This document shows, in pieces, positions 29,169 through 40,022 of a DNA stretch of 64,000 nt (position 1 is its first letter; each line of letters begins with the position of its first letter). The stretch comes from a virus. The position numbers and the translations under genes are program-made. The notes beneath the pieces were generated by a model. The model saw only the letters and a list, made by a program, of their open reading frames with translations, did no database searches and was not told the DNA's origin. The stretch covers positions 39,606-103,605 of IMG/VR virus record IMGVR_UViG_3300010885_030180; one strand, 5' to 3'.

Positions 29169-32100
29169 GTGGGGCAAGGTGGCGCCGCAACTGGAGGTGT
29201 AAGCACTTATAGTTGGAACGGTGATAGTTCTAGTTTATCTGTACCTGCAACTTTATCATATTATGGATCGTTTTTTAGTAGCGGTAGAATAGTAGTAACA
29301 ACTTCTACCGCTTTTTCATTCGGCGCAACTGCCAACGATTTTACAATTGAAGCATCTGTAATGTGGCCAGCAACTGCTGGGGTAACTCAATCATTTTTGG
29401 ATCTTAACGGTGGTACTAGAATTATCCTTGGTAGAACAACTTCTGGCTGGCGGGTATATATAAATGGTGCCGAGGCTGGATTCACTTTTAACATTGCAAG
29501 TAATTTTTGGTATCATTTTGTATTCCTTAGATACAGTGGCACATATTATATATATGTCAATGGTTCATTAATGAAATCAGCCGCCGAAACAACCACCTGG
29601 GCATTTACTAGTTTAACTGTCGGAACTGAAGTTGACGGCGGATCAACAATGGCAGGATATGTTTCTAATCTGAGAATTTTAAAAGGGTCAGCAGCATACA
29701 CCGCAGCATTCATTCCTCCAACTGGTGCATTAACTGTGGTTAATAATACACAGTTATTAACACTACAAAACGCTACATTTATTGATAATTCATCTAACAA
29801 TTTTAGCTTTACACAAACAAGTAGCCCAACAATAGGATCAACATATACTCGACCAGTTGGCGTAACTGCATATGGGGGTGGCGGTGGCGGTGGATACAGT
29901 GCAAGTAATGGATGGGGCGGAGCATCAGGTGGTGGTGGTGGACAAGGAACAACACCGGGTGCAGGATTGCCAGGTCAAGGTAATGCAGGTGGTGGCGTTG
30001 GTGGCGGAGACTATTCAGGCGGGGGTGGTGGTGGTGCAGGCGGGGTTGGACAACGACCAACCGGTACTAATTTTGCAAACGGTGGATTAGGTGGAACTGG
30101 AACACAATCAAGCATTACTGGTACTCCTACATACTACGGTGGCGGTGGTGGTGGATCAACTCACGGCAGTGGTACTGTACAATCAACTGGTGGTGCTGGT
30201 GGCGGCGGTGCTGGTAGATTTGGCGCAACTCTTGGTCAACCCGGTACTCCTAATACTGGTGGCGGTGGTGGCGGTGGTTCTGAGAATGTTGCTGGTGGCA
30301 TAGGTGGATCTGGTGTTGTTATTATTAAAATACCTAATCAGTATGCTGTTAGTTTTACTACTAGCACTACCTATACCGTTTCGTCAGCAGTATCTGGCTA
30401 TAATATATATAGAATAACAGCCGGTTCGGGGTTAGTAACAGCCGGGACAGGTATAGCTGTTGAATACTTAATAGTAGGTGGTGGTGGCGCTGGCGGTGCA
30501 GGTGTAAGCACAAATGCTCGTGGTGGTGGTGGTGGTGCTGGCGGTTTACTATATCAATCAGACACCATTGTATCAGGTTCCAGCAATACTATTACTATTG
30601 GCGCAGGCGGGACCACAGTTGTTGGACAAAATGGAACCAACGGTGGTAATACCGTTGCATTCGCTAACACTATGTTAGGTGGCGGTGGAGGCGGGTCCTG
30701 GGGTAATAGTGGTACTCCAAACAGCGGTGCTTCGGGTGGTGGTGCTGGCCAAGGGTCTGGCAGCGTCATTGGAGGAACAAGTACCCAGTTTGCTACTTAT
30801 GGATATGGCGTTGGGTTTGGTGGCGGTACAAACGGCGGTGCCTATACTAACAATAATGCTAGTAGCGGTGGTGGTGGTGGTGGATCTGGCGGCGCTGGTA
30901 ATAATGCTTCAGCAGGTGTTGCAGGTGCTGGCGGTACTGGAACTAATGCATACAGCACATTCTTACAATATGCAGGTGCTGGTGTTTATTCTACCGGTAC
31001 ATTTTATATTGCAGGCGGTGGCGGTGGTGGTGGCGGAACTGCAATTGGGCGCGGTGGTATTGGTGGTGGTGGTGATGGCGCTTATGCAACAGATACTCCA
31101 TCAGATGCTACTATCTTTACAGGTAGTGGTGGTGGTGGTGGTGGTGGATCAGGTGGTGGTACTGGCGTTGGTGGTGCAGGTGCCAGCGGCATTGTAATTG
31201 TTCGTTATCCCTCTGGAATAAACAATGATATATTATATAATAACAGTGATCCATATTTTAACAAAACATCTTTACTGTTAAGCAATCCGCAAACGGTAAG
31301 TAATGCTCCTACCATTGATTACTTAGTAGTTGCTGGTGGTGGCGGTGGCGGTGGAGCCGGTTCTACTAATGGTGGATCAGGCGGTGGTGGTGCCGGTGGT
31401 TTACTCACAGCATCAAGTCAAACATTTTTACTAGCAACACTTTATACAGTTACAGTTGGCACAGGAGGCAACGGTGGTGCAAGAGATACAAATGGTTCTA
31501 ATGGTAGTAACTCAATATTCTCAACTCTAACTGCAATAGGTGGCGGTGGCGGTGCCGGTGGTACAAGCAGTAGTGGTAATTCTGGTGGGTCAGGTGGCGG
31601 CGGTGGACAACTTGGTGGTACTGGTGGTAGTGCTACTAGTGGACAAGGTAACGCCGGTGCTACAACGGTTGGAAACAACAACGGTGGTCAAGGTGGTGGC
31701 GGTGCTGGTGCAGCTGGATCTGCTGATACCGTAACCAATCAAGCAGGTAATGGTGGTACTGGAACATTTACTACATTAATTTCTACCACAACAGCAATAG
31801 CATTAGGTATAGGTCAATATGTTACCGCTACTAATGCAATTTACTTTGCAGGTGGCGGCGGCGGTGGTAATTTAGGAAGTAATGGGTATGGGTTAGGAGG
31901 TACCGGTGGAGGAGGTGCTGGTTCACCAACTGGTGGTACAGGTGGTGTTGCTGGAACAGCAAATACTGGTGGTGGTGGTGGTGGTGGTCAAGGTGATTCA
32001 CCTGGACCGGGTACTGGTGGTCGAGGTGGATCAGGTGTGGTTCTATTAAGAGTACCCAATACTCATGCTGCTTATTTTTCTTCGGGTATTACTGCTTCTG

Positions 32101-35012
32101 CAACAACTGCAACTGGTTATAATATATATGCTGTAACATCAGGTACTGGTACTGTATTGTTTGGTGCAGCACGGACAGAAACCATTCTATTAGATTACTT
32201 GATAGTAGCAGGTGGCGGTGGTGGTGGTGCCAATGATGCTGCGGGTGGCGGTGCCGGTGGTGTATTAACAACATCTGGCTTTAATGTATTACCGGGATTT
32301 AACTATGCAGTGGTTGTTGGTGCTGGTGGTGCAGGTGCAGTTAATAATGCACAAGGAACCTCTGGCAATGATTCAGTATTCTCTGCCTTACGAAGTTATG
32401 GTGGAGGTGGTGGTGGTGCTGACGCAGCAAGTAATGCAGCTTGGGGATTTGGTAAAAATGGTGGATCTGGTGGTGGTGGTGGCGGTGGTTCTAACGCAAC
32501 AACTCCAGCAGGTGGATCAGGTGTAGCAGGACAGGGTAATGCAGGTGGTGCAGGTGGCGCTAATCAACCCGGCGGATATGGTGGTGGTGGTGGTGGTGGC
32601 TGGGGTGCAGCTGGAACAGCAACTACATCAGGTGGTGGTGGTAATGGTGGTGCTGGATCATCTAGTACTATATTTGTTACTACTGGCACAGCAATATCTG
32701 CAACTGTTGGTCAATATGTTACCGCTACTAATGCTATATACTTTGGTGGTGGCGGTGGCGGTGGCTCTAGAACTGTTCCCGGTACTGCTGGTATTGGAGG
32801 AGGAGGTACCGGCACTGGATCAGGCGGCGGCGCAGTTGGCGGTTCAGCACAGGCACGAACAGGCGGCGGGGGCGGCGGTGCTAGCAATGACTGGGAAAAT
32901 GCCGGGCAAACCGGAACCGGTGGCGCTGGTGGATCAGGTGCTGTTGTACTTCGACATCTAACATCAGTAGCTCAAACAGTTACAACTACTGGCAGTCCTA
33001 GTATTGCCACTGCTGGCGCATATACAATATATGCATTCACTAGTAGTGGATCAATTCAAATTAGTACCAATCCACCTGCCGTTGCAACCACAAATACATC
33101 ATTTATAGATTCAAGTGTTAATGCATTAACTATTACTCCTACCGGTACTCCAACACAAGGAACATTTAATCCTTTTGGTACAAATTGGAGTAACTACTTT
33201 AATGGTAGTAGTAACTTAACTATTCCTACTAATGCTGCATTAAATTTTAGTACAGGTGATTTCACAATTGAGGCATGGATATATCGTACACTATTAGGAA
33301 CAGATTATTATATTATATCAGGATCTGGTACCGGTGGATTGGGGTTTGGATTTACTAGTACAGGTGCAAATTTAGGATGGGTAAGAGCAGCACTAGCATG
33401 GGACTATAGTTATGCACATGGTATGAGTCTGAACACTTGGTATCATGTTGCATTAACACGAAGTGGCACTAGTATGAGACTGTTTGTAAATGGTACACAA
33501 ATTGGAGTTACACAAACTCTTGCAACAGCGTATGATTTAGGAATAGGTAGTACTAATATAGGTAGTGAGGGTGCTAATTATTATTTCAATGGTTATATTT
33601 CTAATCTAAGAGTATTGAAGGGTACTGCACTTTATACAAGTAACTTTACACCTGCTACTGCGCCATTACCTATAGTAACTAATACTAGTTTACTAACCTG
33701 CGCAAATAATAGATTTATGGATAAGAATAGCACCGCTACTTTTACCGCAGCAGGTACACCGAGTGTACAACGCTTCACTCCATTCCCAACACAGACCTAT
33801 GCTTATAACACAGTGGTCAATAACGGCAGTGCTTATTTTAATGGTACTACTGATTATTTGAGTATGTCTGGTGCAATATCGCTAACTGGTCAATTCTCAG
33901 TAGAATGTTGGTTTAATAATACAAATGTAGGCGGCACCCAGCGAACTATATTTGCATTTAATTCAGTTGCGGCATCTTATGGTTCTATACGAGTTGATTG
34001 TGATGCCAGCGGCACAGCAAATGTTTTTCAATTGCTTCTCAGCACAAATGGCACATCCTGGGCTAGCATTACTACAGGCGCTTATGTAAAAAATATGTGG
34101 AATCATCTCGTAATCACAAGAGATGCATCTAATGTTGTTAGACTGTTTATAAATGGTTCTACAGCAATTGCTAGTTTTACGCAAGCAGGAACACTTTATA
34201 ATGCATCCTCTGTACATGGTATCGGCATTAATGGTCTACCAGGTAGTGCTAGTAATTTTTATTTAGGATATATAAGTAATCTTCGATTGATCAACGGATC
34301 TATTCCTAGTCAATATCAAACTGCAATAACTACTTCAGGAACTTTGGTATTCACACCACCTGCTGCACCATTATTTCCATTAGATGCAACCACTAGTACA
34401 AGTGTACTATTAAACTTTACTAATCCTGCTATATATGATGCAACAATGAATAACGATGTTATCACTGCAGGAACATCTGCTCTATCAACTGCTGTCACTA
34501 AATTTAATAGTCGCAGTATGAAGTTTAATGGTACTAGTGATTATTTGTCTATACCAATTAATCCATTATTTGGGTTTGGTACTGGTGATTTTACCGTTGA
34601 ATTTTGGTTTTATCAAACTTCTGTTGTAACTACTGAAATGGAAATATGGGAAGCGCAAACTACTAATGCTTTTGCAATTTATAAAGCTACTACCAGTGGA
34701 GCATTAAGTTGGAGACCCTATGCCGGAACAGATCAAACTATTTTAGCACACGCTAGTATACCTATTAATACTTGGACGCATGTTGCAGTTTGTAGAGCAT
34801 CAGGTGTTACTAAAGCGTTTGTTAATGGAATGCAAGTAAATAGTGTTGCCGATACAACTAATTATGCAACTCCTACAGTTGTATATACTTTAGGTGGTAG
34901 GAATGCTGGATCAAACTATTTTCCTGGTTACATTGACGATTTCCGTATTACTAAATTTGCACGATATACCGCAAACTTCCTACCGCCAACCGCGGTTCCA
35001 CTACTTAAATAA
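29169..35012 (+). CDS. 3' part of a frameshifted giant Gly-rich plus multi-LamG adhesin-like protein (joined gene 28003..35012, ~2336 aa)
   Basis: Frame is open and Gly-rich from at least 28572, so the GTG at 29169 is internal; several Gly-rich domains and four LamG-like domains (DFTIEAW/DFTVEFW, WYHVA, YIDDFRITK..RYT.NF.PPT). Confidence 0.8.
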   Translation: MGQGGAATGGVSTYSWNGDSSSLSVPATLSYYGSFFSSGRIVVTTSTAFSFGATANDFTIEASVMWPATAGVTQSFLDLNGGTRIILGRTTSGWRVYINGAEAGFTFNIASNFWYHFVFLRYSGTYYIYVNGSLMKSAAETTTWAFTSLTVGTEVDGGSTMAGYVSNLRILKGSAAYTAAFIPPTGALTVVNNTQLLTLQNATFIDNSSNNFSFTQTSSPTIGSTYTRPVGVTAYGGGGGGGYSASNGWGGASGGGGGQGTTPGAGLPGQGNAGGGVGGGDYSGGGGGGAGGVGQRPTGTNFANGGLGGTGTQSSITGTPTYYGGGGGGSTHGSGTVQSTGGAGGGGAGRFGATLGQPGTPNTGGGGGGGSENVAGGIGGSGVVIIKIPNQYAVSFTTSTTYTVSSAVSGYNIYRITAGSGLVTAGTGIAVEYLIVGGGGAGGAGVSTNARGGGGGAGGLLYQSDTIVSGSSNTITIGAGGTTVVGQNGTNGGNTVAFANTMLGGGGGGSWGNSGTPNSGASGGGAGQGSGSVIGGTSTQFATYGYGVGFGGGTNGGAYTNNNASSGGGGGGSGGAGNNASAGVAGAGGTGTNAYSTFLQYAGAGVYSTGTFYIAGGGGGGGGTAIGRGGIGGGGDGAYATDTPSDATIFTGSGGGGGGGSGGGTGVGGAGASGIVIVRYPSGINNDILYNNSDPYFNKTSLLLSNPQTVSNAPTIDYLVVAGGGGGGGAGSTNGGSGGGGAGGLLTASSQTFLLATLYTVTVGTGGNGGARDTNGSNGSNSIFSTLTAIGGGGGAGGTSSSGNSGGSGGGGGQLGGTGGSATSGQGNAGATTVGNNNGGQGGGGAGAAGSADTVTNQAGNGGTGTFTTLISTTTAIALGIGQYVTATNAIYFAGGGGGGNLGSNGYGLGGTGGGGAGSPTGGTGGVAGTANTGGGGGGGQGDSPGPGTGGRGGSGVVLLRVPNTHAAYFSSGITASATTATGYNIYAVTSGTGTVLFGAARTETILLDYLIVAGGGGGGANDAAGGGAGGVLTTSGFNVLPGFNYAVVVGAGGAGAVNNAQGTSGNDSVFSALRSYGGGGGGADAASNAAWGFGKNGGSGGGGGGGSNATTPAGGSGVAGQGNAGGAGGANQPGGYGGGGGGGWGAAGTATTSGGGGNGGAGSSSTIFVTTGTAISATVGQYVTATNAIYFGGGGGGGSRTVPGTAGIGGGGTGTGSGGGAVGGSAQARTGGGGGGASNDWENAGQTGTGGAGGSGAVVLRHLTSVAQTVTTTGSPSIATAGAYTIYAFTSSGSIQISTNPPAVATTNTSFIDSSVNALTITPTGTPTQGTFNPFGTNWSNYFNGSSNLTIPTNAALNFSTGDFTIEAWIYRTLLGTDYYIISGSGTGGLGFGFTSTGANLGWVRAALAWDYSYAHGMSLNTWYHVALTRSGTSMRLFVNGTQIGVTQTLATAYDLGIGSTNIGSEGANYYFNGYISNLRVLKGTALYTSNFTPATAPLPIVTNTSLLTCANNRFMDKNSTATFTAAGTPSVQRFTPFPTQTYAYNTVVNNGSAYFNGTTDYLSMSGAISLTGQFSVECWFNNTNVGGTQRTIFAFNSVAASYGSIRVDCDASGTANVFQLLLSTNGTSWASITTGAYVKNMWNHLVITRDASNVVRLFINGSTAIASFTQAGTLYNASSVHGIGINGLPGSASNFYLGYISNLRLINGSIPSQYQTAITTSGTLVFTPPAAPLFPLDATTSTSVLLNFTNPAIYDATMNNDVITAGTSALSTAVTKFNSRSMKFNGTSDYLSIPINPLFGFGTGDFTVEFWFYQTSVVTTEMEIWEAQTTNAFAIYKATTSGALSWRPYAGTDQTILAHASIPINTWTHVAVCRASGVTKAFVNGMQVNSVADTTNYATPTVVYTLGGRNAGSNYFPGYIDDFRITKFARYTANFLPPTAVPLLK

Positions 35013-35022
35013 ATAAACAACA

Positions 35023-38000
35023 ATGGTATATGATCTTGGTATAATTAAACGACAGAAGGCAATGGCCTCTCCTATTGCTGCTGCTGGCGGAGTAATAACT
35101 AACATTGGTTCAAGTACCATACATACTTTTACATCATCTGGTGTATTTCAACCACTAACAAGAAACGGCAGCACCAGCACACCACTAACAGTATCCTACC
35201 TAGTAGTAGGTGGTGGTGCCTCTGGCGGAAGAGATAACTCATCTTCGGGGCTAGGTGGTGGTGGTGGTGCTGGCGGTTTTTTAACTTCGAGTGGTTTTGC
35301 AGTCACTCCTGGTACTGCGTATGCAATAACAGTTGGAGCAGGCGGTGCAGCAATTGGTGCTGCTGCAACTGGTGTAGGTAATAATGGAAATATTTCAGCA
35401 ATACTTGCACCCAACGAAACAACATATTCTGGTTTTTTTAACGGTAGTGCTCAATACCTAACTGTAGCAAATAATACAGTATTAGCATTTGGAACTGGTG
35501 ATTTTACAGTTGAATGCTGGGTATATCCAACCGCTACAACACAAGGCACAGTACTGTGGTTGACAACTACTTTTCAGTTTTTTGTATATAATGGTTCACT
35601 TTACATATACGATAATGGCACACAAACTAATGGTGGAACAATAACAAAAAACCAATGGCAGCACATTGCTATTACAAGAAACGGAACTTCATTAAAATGT
35701 TTCATTAATGGAGCATTGGTTAACACACAAGTAAGTAGTACAAGTTTTGTATCTGGTACAAATTATATTGGTAATCAAGGTGGTACATATCTATTTGGAT
35801 ATATCAGCAATCTTCGTGTAATAAAAGGTACTGCATTATATACTAGTGCATTTACCCCACCAACACGCATATTAACAGCAGCCGCACCTTCTTTGTATGG
35901 TATTTCTTTTAGTGGAACTACACAATATTTGACAGGACCTGCACTTGCATCAAATCAATTAACAGCAGATTTTACTATTGAATGTTGGATAAATCCAACA
36001 TCTGTACCATCACACACAGGCATAATTACTATAACTAATACTGCTTCCTCGGGTGCAAACGGCTGTGCAATTGGGATAACAACAACCAACGCAGTAGAAT
36101 TTTTTATTGCCGGTAATACTTTTTATGCATCGGCTAATAATGTTCTTACTCTTAATCAATGGCAACATATTGCGCTGGTCCGTTCAGGAACTACAAACAC
36201 ACTTTATCTTAATGGGATATCAGTTGTAACAAATACAGTAACTCCAACCTGGCCTGCTACTCCTACAATTAGTGTTGGTAGATTGTATGCTGATAATTCT
36301 ATTGCTAACTTTCCCGGTGCTATCTCTAATGTGCGTATTACTAAAGGAGTTGCAGTTTATACAGGTAACTTTTCTCCTCCTACTACTAACTTATCTACTA
36401 CACAATCATCTGGTACTAATATTTCTGCTATTTCTACAGCAAGTTATGTTATTTTATTAACAGCACAATCTAACACCATAGTTGATAATAGTATCTCTCC
36501 ACAAATTTTAACAGTTACTGGATCGCCAACGGTTATTAGTACCGTAACCGTATGGTCAGCAAGTTTATTAACCTTACAAAATGATACATTTATAGATAAC
36601 TCAGTTAATAATCTTACTATTACACCTACTGGTAGCCCAACTACTACATCTACTGTTGTTCCACCATTTGGACAATATGCATATGGTGGTGGTGGTGGAG
36701 CCGCATTTAATACTGGACCAGGCAATGCAGGTGGATCAGGTGGTGGTGGTGATGGAACTCAAATTGCCGGTGTTGGTACAACGGGGCAGGGATTTGCAGG
36801 TGGTGCGCCTTACTGGACTGGTACAGGTGCTAGTTCTGCTGGTGGTGGCGGCGGTGCTAGTGCAAACGGAACATCTGGTGCATCAAATCAGGGGGGTGCT
36901 GGTGGTGCTGGGTCAACATCAACTTTGTCAGGAGTCTCTACTTACTATGCAGGTGGTGGCGGTGGCGCCGCTTATTTTGCCGGTGGGTGGGGTGCTGGTG
37001 GAGTTGGAGGTGGTGGAAAAGGTGCAGTTAATACCACATCAGTATCAGTAGATGGTACTAGCAATACTGGTGGGGGTGGGGGAGGTGGTGGAAATTTTGG
37101 TAGTGGACAAAGCGGCGCCGGTGGGTCCGGTATTGTTATTATCAGTTATCCAAATCCTGCATATACTGCTCCACTTACAAAACAATCCGATCCATATTTT
37201 AAATCTAATTCGTTGTTATTAACTGGAAACACTTTACAACCAGTATCTATATCTGTAGATTACTTGGTAGTAGGTGGTGGTGGAGGGGGCGGCACAGGTG
37301 CTAATACAAATAATGATTATACAGGTGGCGGCGGTGCAGGTGGGTTGGTAACCACTTCAACTATCTTAACTAATAATGCCATATATACCATACAGATAGG
37401 TGCAGGAGGATTGGGTGGTGCCCTTAATTCAAACGGAACATCTGGAAATAATTCTTCTATAACATCAACTACAATAACTTCAGTGATTGCATTGGGCGGC
37501 GGCTATGGTGGAACAAAAGATACAGCAGGCGGGTATGGAGGGTCCGGTGGTGGTGGTGGTGGGACTACTACAGGTGGCGCCGGAGGACTTGGTGTGCAAC
37601 CACTAAGTCCAAGTGGTGGATTTGGCAATGCCGGCTACGCTGGACAAACTTCAACTCAACCGGGTGGTGGTGGTGGTGGTGGTGCAGGTGGTGCTGCACT
37701 TGGAAACGCAAATCCAGGCGCTGGTTTATATGTTGCAAACTTTTCAGCATATGGTGAAAGTGGATACTTTGCCAGCGGTGGTGCAGGTGCTAAAAATGGA
37801 TCTGCTGGTAATAATTCTGGTCAGTATGCACTCGGTGGTGGTGGTGGATTTTCAAGTAACGGCCTATGGGGCGGTGGCGCTGGAGTTCCTAGGTCTGCTA
37901 TGACTGCAACTGGTGGTGGTGGTGCACTTCAAATGCCAGGAGGATCAGGTACGGTTATTATTAGACATCCTTCTAATTATAGTGTTGCTAGCACAACAGG

Positions 38001-39975
38001 TTCTCCTACAATCGTTACTACTAGTGGGTATGTATACTATTCTTGGACAACTTCAGGATCTATTGAGTTACAAGCATATAATTTAACAAATACATCATTC
38101 ATAGATTCGAGTGTTAATACATTAACTATTACATCTACTGTTGGTACTCCAACACAGGGATCATTCTCACCGTTTGGACAAAATTGGAGTAATTACTTTA
38201 ATGGTAGTAGTTATTTGTCTATACCTAGTAATTCTGCTTTTGCATTCACTGGAAACTTTACTTTTGAGTCTTGGGTATATGTATCAGCATACGGGAGTAC
38301 TTCGGCATTTTTTACTATAGGTAGTGAAACAACAGGTAGATACTATTTTACATTAACTGGTAGTGGTGGGCAACTTTGGTCCAATCAGTATGGCGGTGCA
38401 AATTTTACCTGGGGCACTTCTACTTCTGTTCCATTAAATGCATGGACTCATGTTGCTTGGGTTAGAGTTGGTACAACTGTAACTGGTTATGTTAACGGTA
38501 TTTCTGTAGGAACTAATACAATTTCAGGAACTGTTGGTAATACGGGAGGAGTTACTATAGGTGCTAATCCGGCCGGCGGGTATTTATGGAATGGTTACAT
38601 GAGTAATATTAGACTAATAGGAACAGCGGTATATACCAATAACTTTACCCCTGCTACTGCACCGTTACCTATGGTAACTAATACAGTATTGTTAACTGCT
38701 GCTAGCAATAGATTTATGGATAAAAGTGGTACAACTTCTACTTTTACCGTAGGTGGTACACCAAGTGTACAACGTTTCTCACCATTCAACAATCTCGGAG
38801 CATATAATACAACATTGATTGGCGGCAGTGCTTATTTTAATGGCAGTAGTTATTTGAGCAATACCAGTGGATCTATTGTTAATTTTGGTACAAGTGCATT
38901 TACATGGGAAGCATGGCTATATATGCCATCCAATGCAAATAATCAAATTATATTATATGCAACCAGTGGCGCAGGTTCATTCAATGTTATTACGCAAGCA
39001 AGTGGGTTATGTTGGGGAATTTATGGAAATCCTTCATTCTTCTTCTGTACTTTAGCAAATATTCCATTAAATCAGTGGTTCCATCTTGCTGTGTCAAGAG
39101 TTAGTACATCGGCTAATCAAACATTTGGATATATAAATGGTTCATTAGTGGTAACTGCTACAGATACCAATAATTATACAGGAATAGGAGCAAGGATTGG
39201 AGGAGACGGGACATACTATACTGGATATATGTCTAACATGAGAATAGTAAGAGGAACCGCACTATATACCGCAGCATTCACTCCACCTGCTGCTCCTGTA
39301 GGTACAATAAATACAACTACTAGTACAAGTTTATTATTGAAATTTAATGATGCCGGTATATATGATGCAACAATGAATAACGATGTTGTTGCTGTAGGAT
39401 CGGCAAAATTATCATCAACCGCTACTAATTATAATCCTCGCAGTATGTATTTTAATGGTAGCACTGATTATTTGTTAATGCCATCATCTAGCGCATATAA
39501 CTTAGGATCAGGAGACTTTACTATGGAATGCTGGATTTATCCAACCACTGTAGTGTCAAATGGAATATTTGGTATAGGGTCGACGGATCCAGATAGTAAT
39601 TTAGTTAGAATTGGATCAGGTTCAAAATTGCAATTTTGGTTAGGCGGATCAAATAGTGGCGGGACGGGTGCTGGTACCAAAACAGGTATGATAACTTGCG
39701 CTACTACCTTAGTAGTAAATACTTGGTATCACATTGCATTAGTGCGCAGCGGCTCTGCAACAAATAATGTTAAGTTATACCTTAATGGCGTGTTAGATGG
39801 ACAAGGAACTGCTACTTATTTTATAGCATCAAATTACGCTGTATTAGGAAGAGATTATCCAACTTATTCAGCAGAATATTTTGCTGGCTACATTGATGAT
39901 TTTAGAATTACCAAAGGTGTAGCACGTTATACAGCAGCATTTACTCCACCTACACAAACATTACTACTTCGTTAA
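35023..39975 (+). CDS. Giant Gly-rich plus multi-LamG adhesin-like protein (paralog of 28003..35012)
   Basis: Same MVYDLGIIKRQ start; two Gly-rich domains and five LamG-like domains; ends GYIDDFRITKGVARYT..FTPPT. Confidence 0.85.
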   Translation: MVYDLGIIKRQKAMASPIAAAGGVITNIGSSTIHTFTSSGVFQPLTRNGSTSTPLTVSYLVVGGGASGGRDNSSSGLGGGGGAGGFLTSSGFAVTPGTAYAITVGAGGAAIGAAATGVGNNGNISAILAPNETTYSGFFNGSAQYLTVANNTVLAFGTGDFTVECWVYPTATTQGTVLWLTTTFQFFVYNGSLYIYDNGTQTNGGTITKNQWQHIAITRNGTSLKCFINGALVNTQVSSTSFVSGTNYIGNQGGTYLFGYISNLRVIKGTALYTSAFTPPTRILTAAAPSLYGISFSGTTQYLTGPALASNQLTADFTIECWINPTSVPSHTGIITITNTASSGANGCAIGITTTNAVEFFIAGNTFYASANNVLTLNQWQHIALVRSGTTNTLYLNGISVVTNTVTPTWPATPTISVGRLYADNSIANFPGAISNVRITKGVAVYTGNFSPPTTNLSTTQSSGTNISAISTASYVILLTAQSNTIVDNSISPQILTVTGSPTVISTVTVWSASLLTLQNDTFIDNSVNNLTITPTGSPTTTSTVVPPFGQYAYGGGGGAAFNTGPGNAGGSGGGGDGTQIAGVGTTGQGFAGGAPYWTGTGASSAGGGGGASANGTSGASNQGGAGGAGSTSTLSGVSTYYAGGGGGAAYFAGGWGAGGVGGGGKGAVNTTSVSVDGTSNTGGGGGGGGNFGSGQSGAGGSGIVIISYPNPAYTAPLTKQSDPYFKSNSLLLTGNTLQPVSISVDYLVVGGGGGGGTGANTNNDYTGGGGAGGLVTTSTILTNNAIYTIQIGAGGLGGALNSNGTSGNNSSITSTTITSVIALGGGYGGTKDTAGGYGGSGGGGGGTTTGGAGGLGVQPLSPSGGFGNAGYAGQTSTQPGGGGGGGAGGAALGNANPGAGLYVANFSAYGESGYFASGGAGAKNGSAGNNSGQYALGGGGGFSSNGLWGGGAGVPRSAMTATGGGGALQMPGGSGTVIIRHPSNYSVASTTGSPTIVTTSGYVYYSWTTSGSIELQAYNLTNTSFIDSSVNTLTITSTVGTPTQGSFSPFGQNWSNYFNGSSYLSIPSNSAFAFTGNFTFESWVYVSAYGSTSAFFTIGSETTGRYYFTLTGSGGQLWSNQYGGANFTWGTSTSVPLNAWTHVAWVRVGTTVTGYVNGISVGTNTISGTVGNTGGVTIGANPAGGYLWNGYMSNIRLIGTAVYTNNFTPATAPLPMVTNTVLLTAASNRFMDKSGTTSTFTVGGTPSVQRFSPFNNLGAYNTTLIGGSAYFNGSSYLSNTSGSIVNFGTSAFTWEAWLYMPSNANNQIILYATSGAGSFNVITQASGLCWGIYGNPSFFFCTLANIPLNQWFHLAVSRVSTSANQTFGYINGSLVVTATDTNNYTGIGARIGGDGTYYTGYMSNMRIVRGTALYTAAFTPPAAPVGTINTTTSTSLLLKFNDAGIYDATMNNDVVAVGSAKLSSTATNYNPRSMYFNGSTDYLLMPSSSAYNLGSGDFTMECWIYPTTVVSNGIFGIGSTDPDSNLVRIGSGSKLQFWLGGSNSGGTGAGTKTGMITCATTLVVNTWYHIALVRSGSATNNVKLYLNGVLDGQGTATYFIASNYAVLGRDYPTYSAEYFAGYIDDFRITKGVARYTAAFTPPTQTLLLR

Positions 39976-39985
39976 ACCAAGATTG

Positions 39986-40013
39986 TTGACACACTGATCA
40001 AAGAGTATATAAT
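39986..40013 (+). promoter_or_regulatory. Sigma70-type promoter
   Basis: TTGACA (39986-39991), 16-nt spacer, TATAAT (40008-40013); 9 nt before the ATG at 40023. Confidence 0.75.
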
Positions 40014-40022
40014 TAATAGCAT

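Noticed and set aside
948-39055. Numerous minus-strand and alternate-frame ORFs inside the fibre genes (Val/Pro/Leu-rich or YQY-rich)
   Set aside because: Shadows of repetitive GGT/ACT/TAT codon usage in the long + strand genes; no SDs or recognisable motifs
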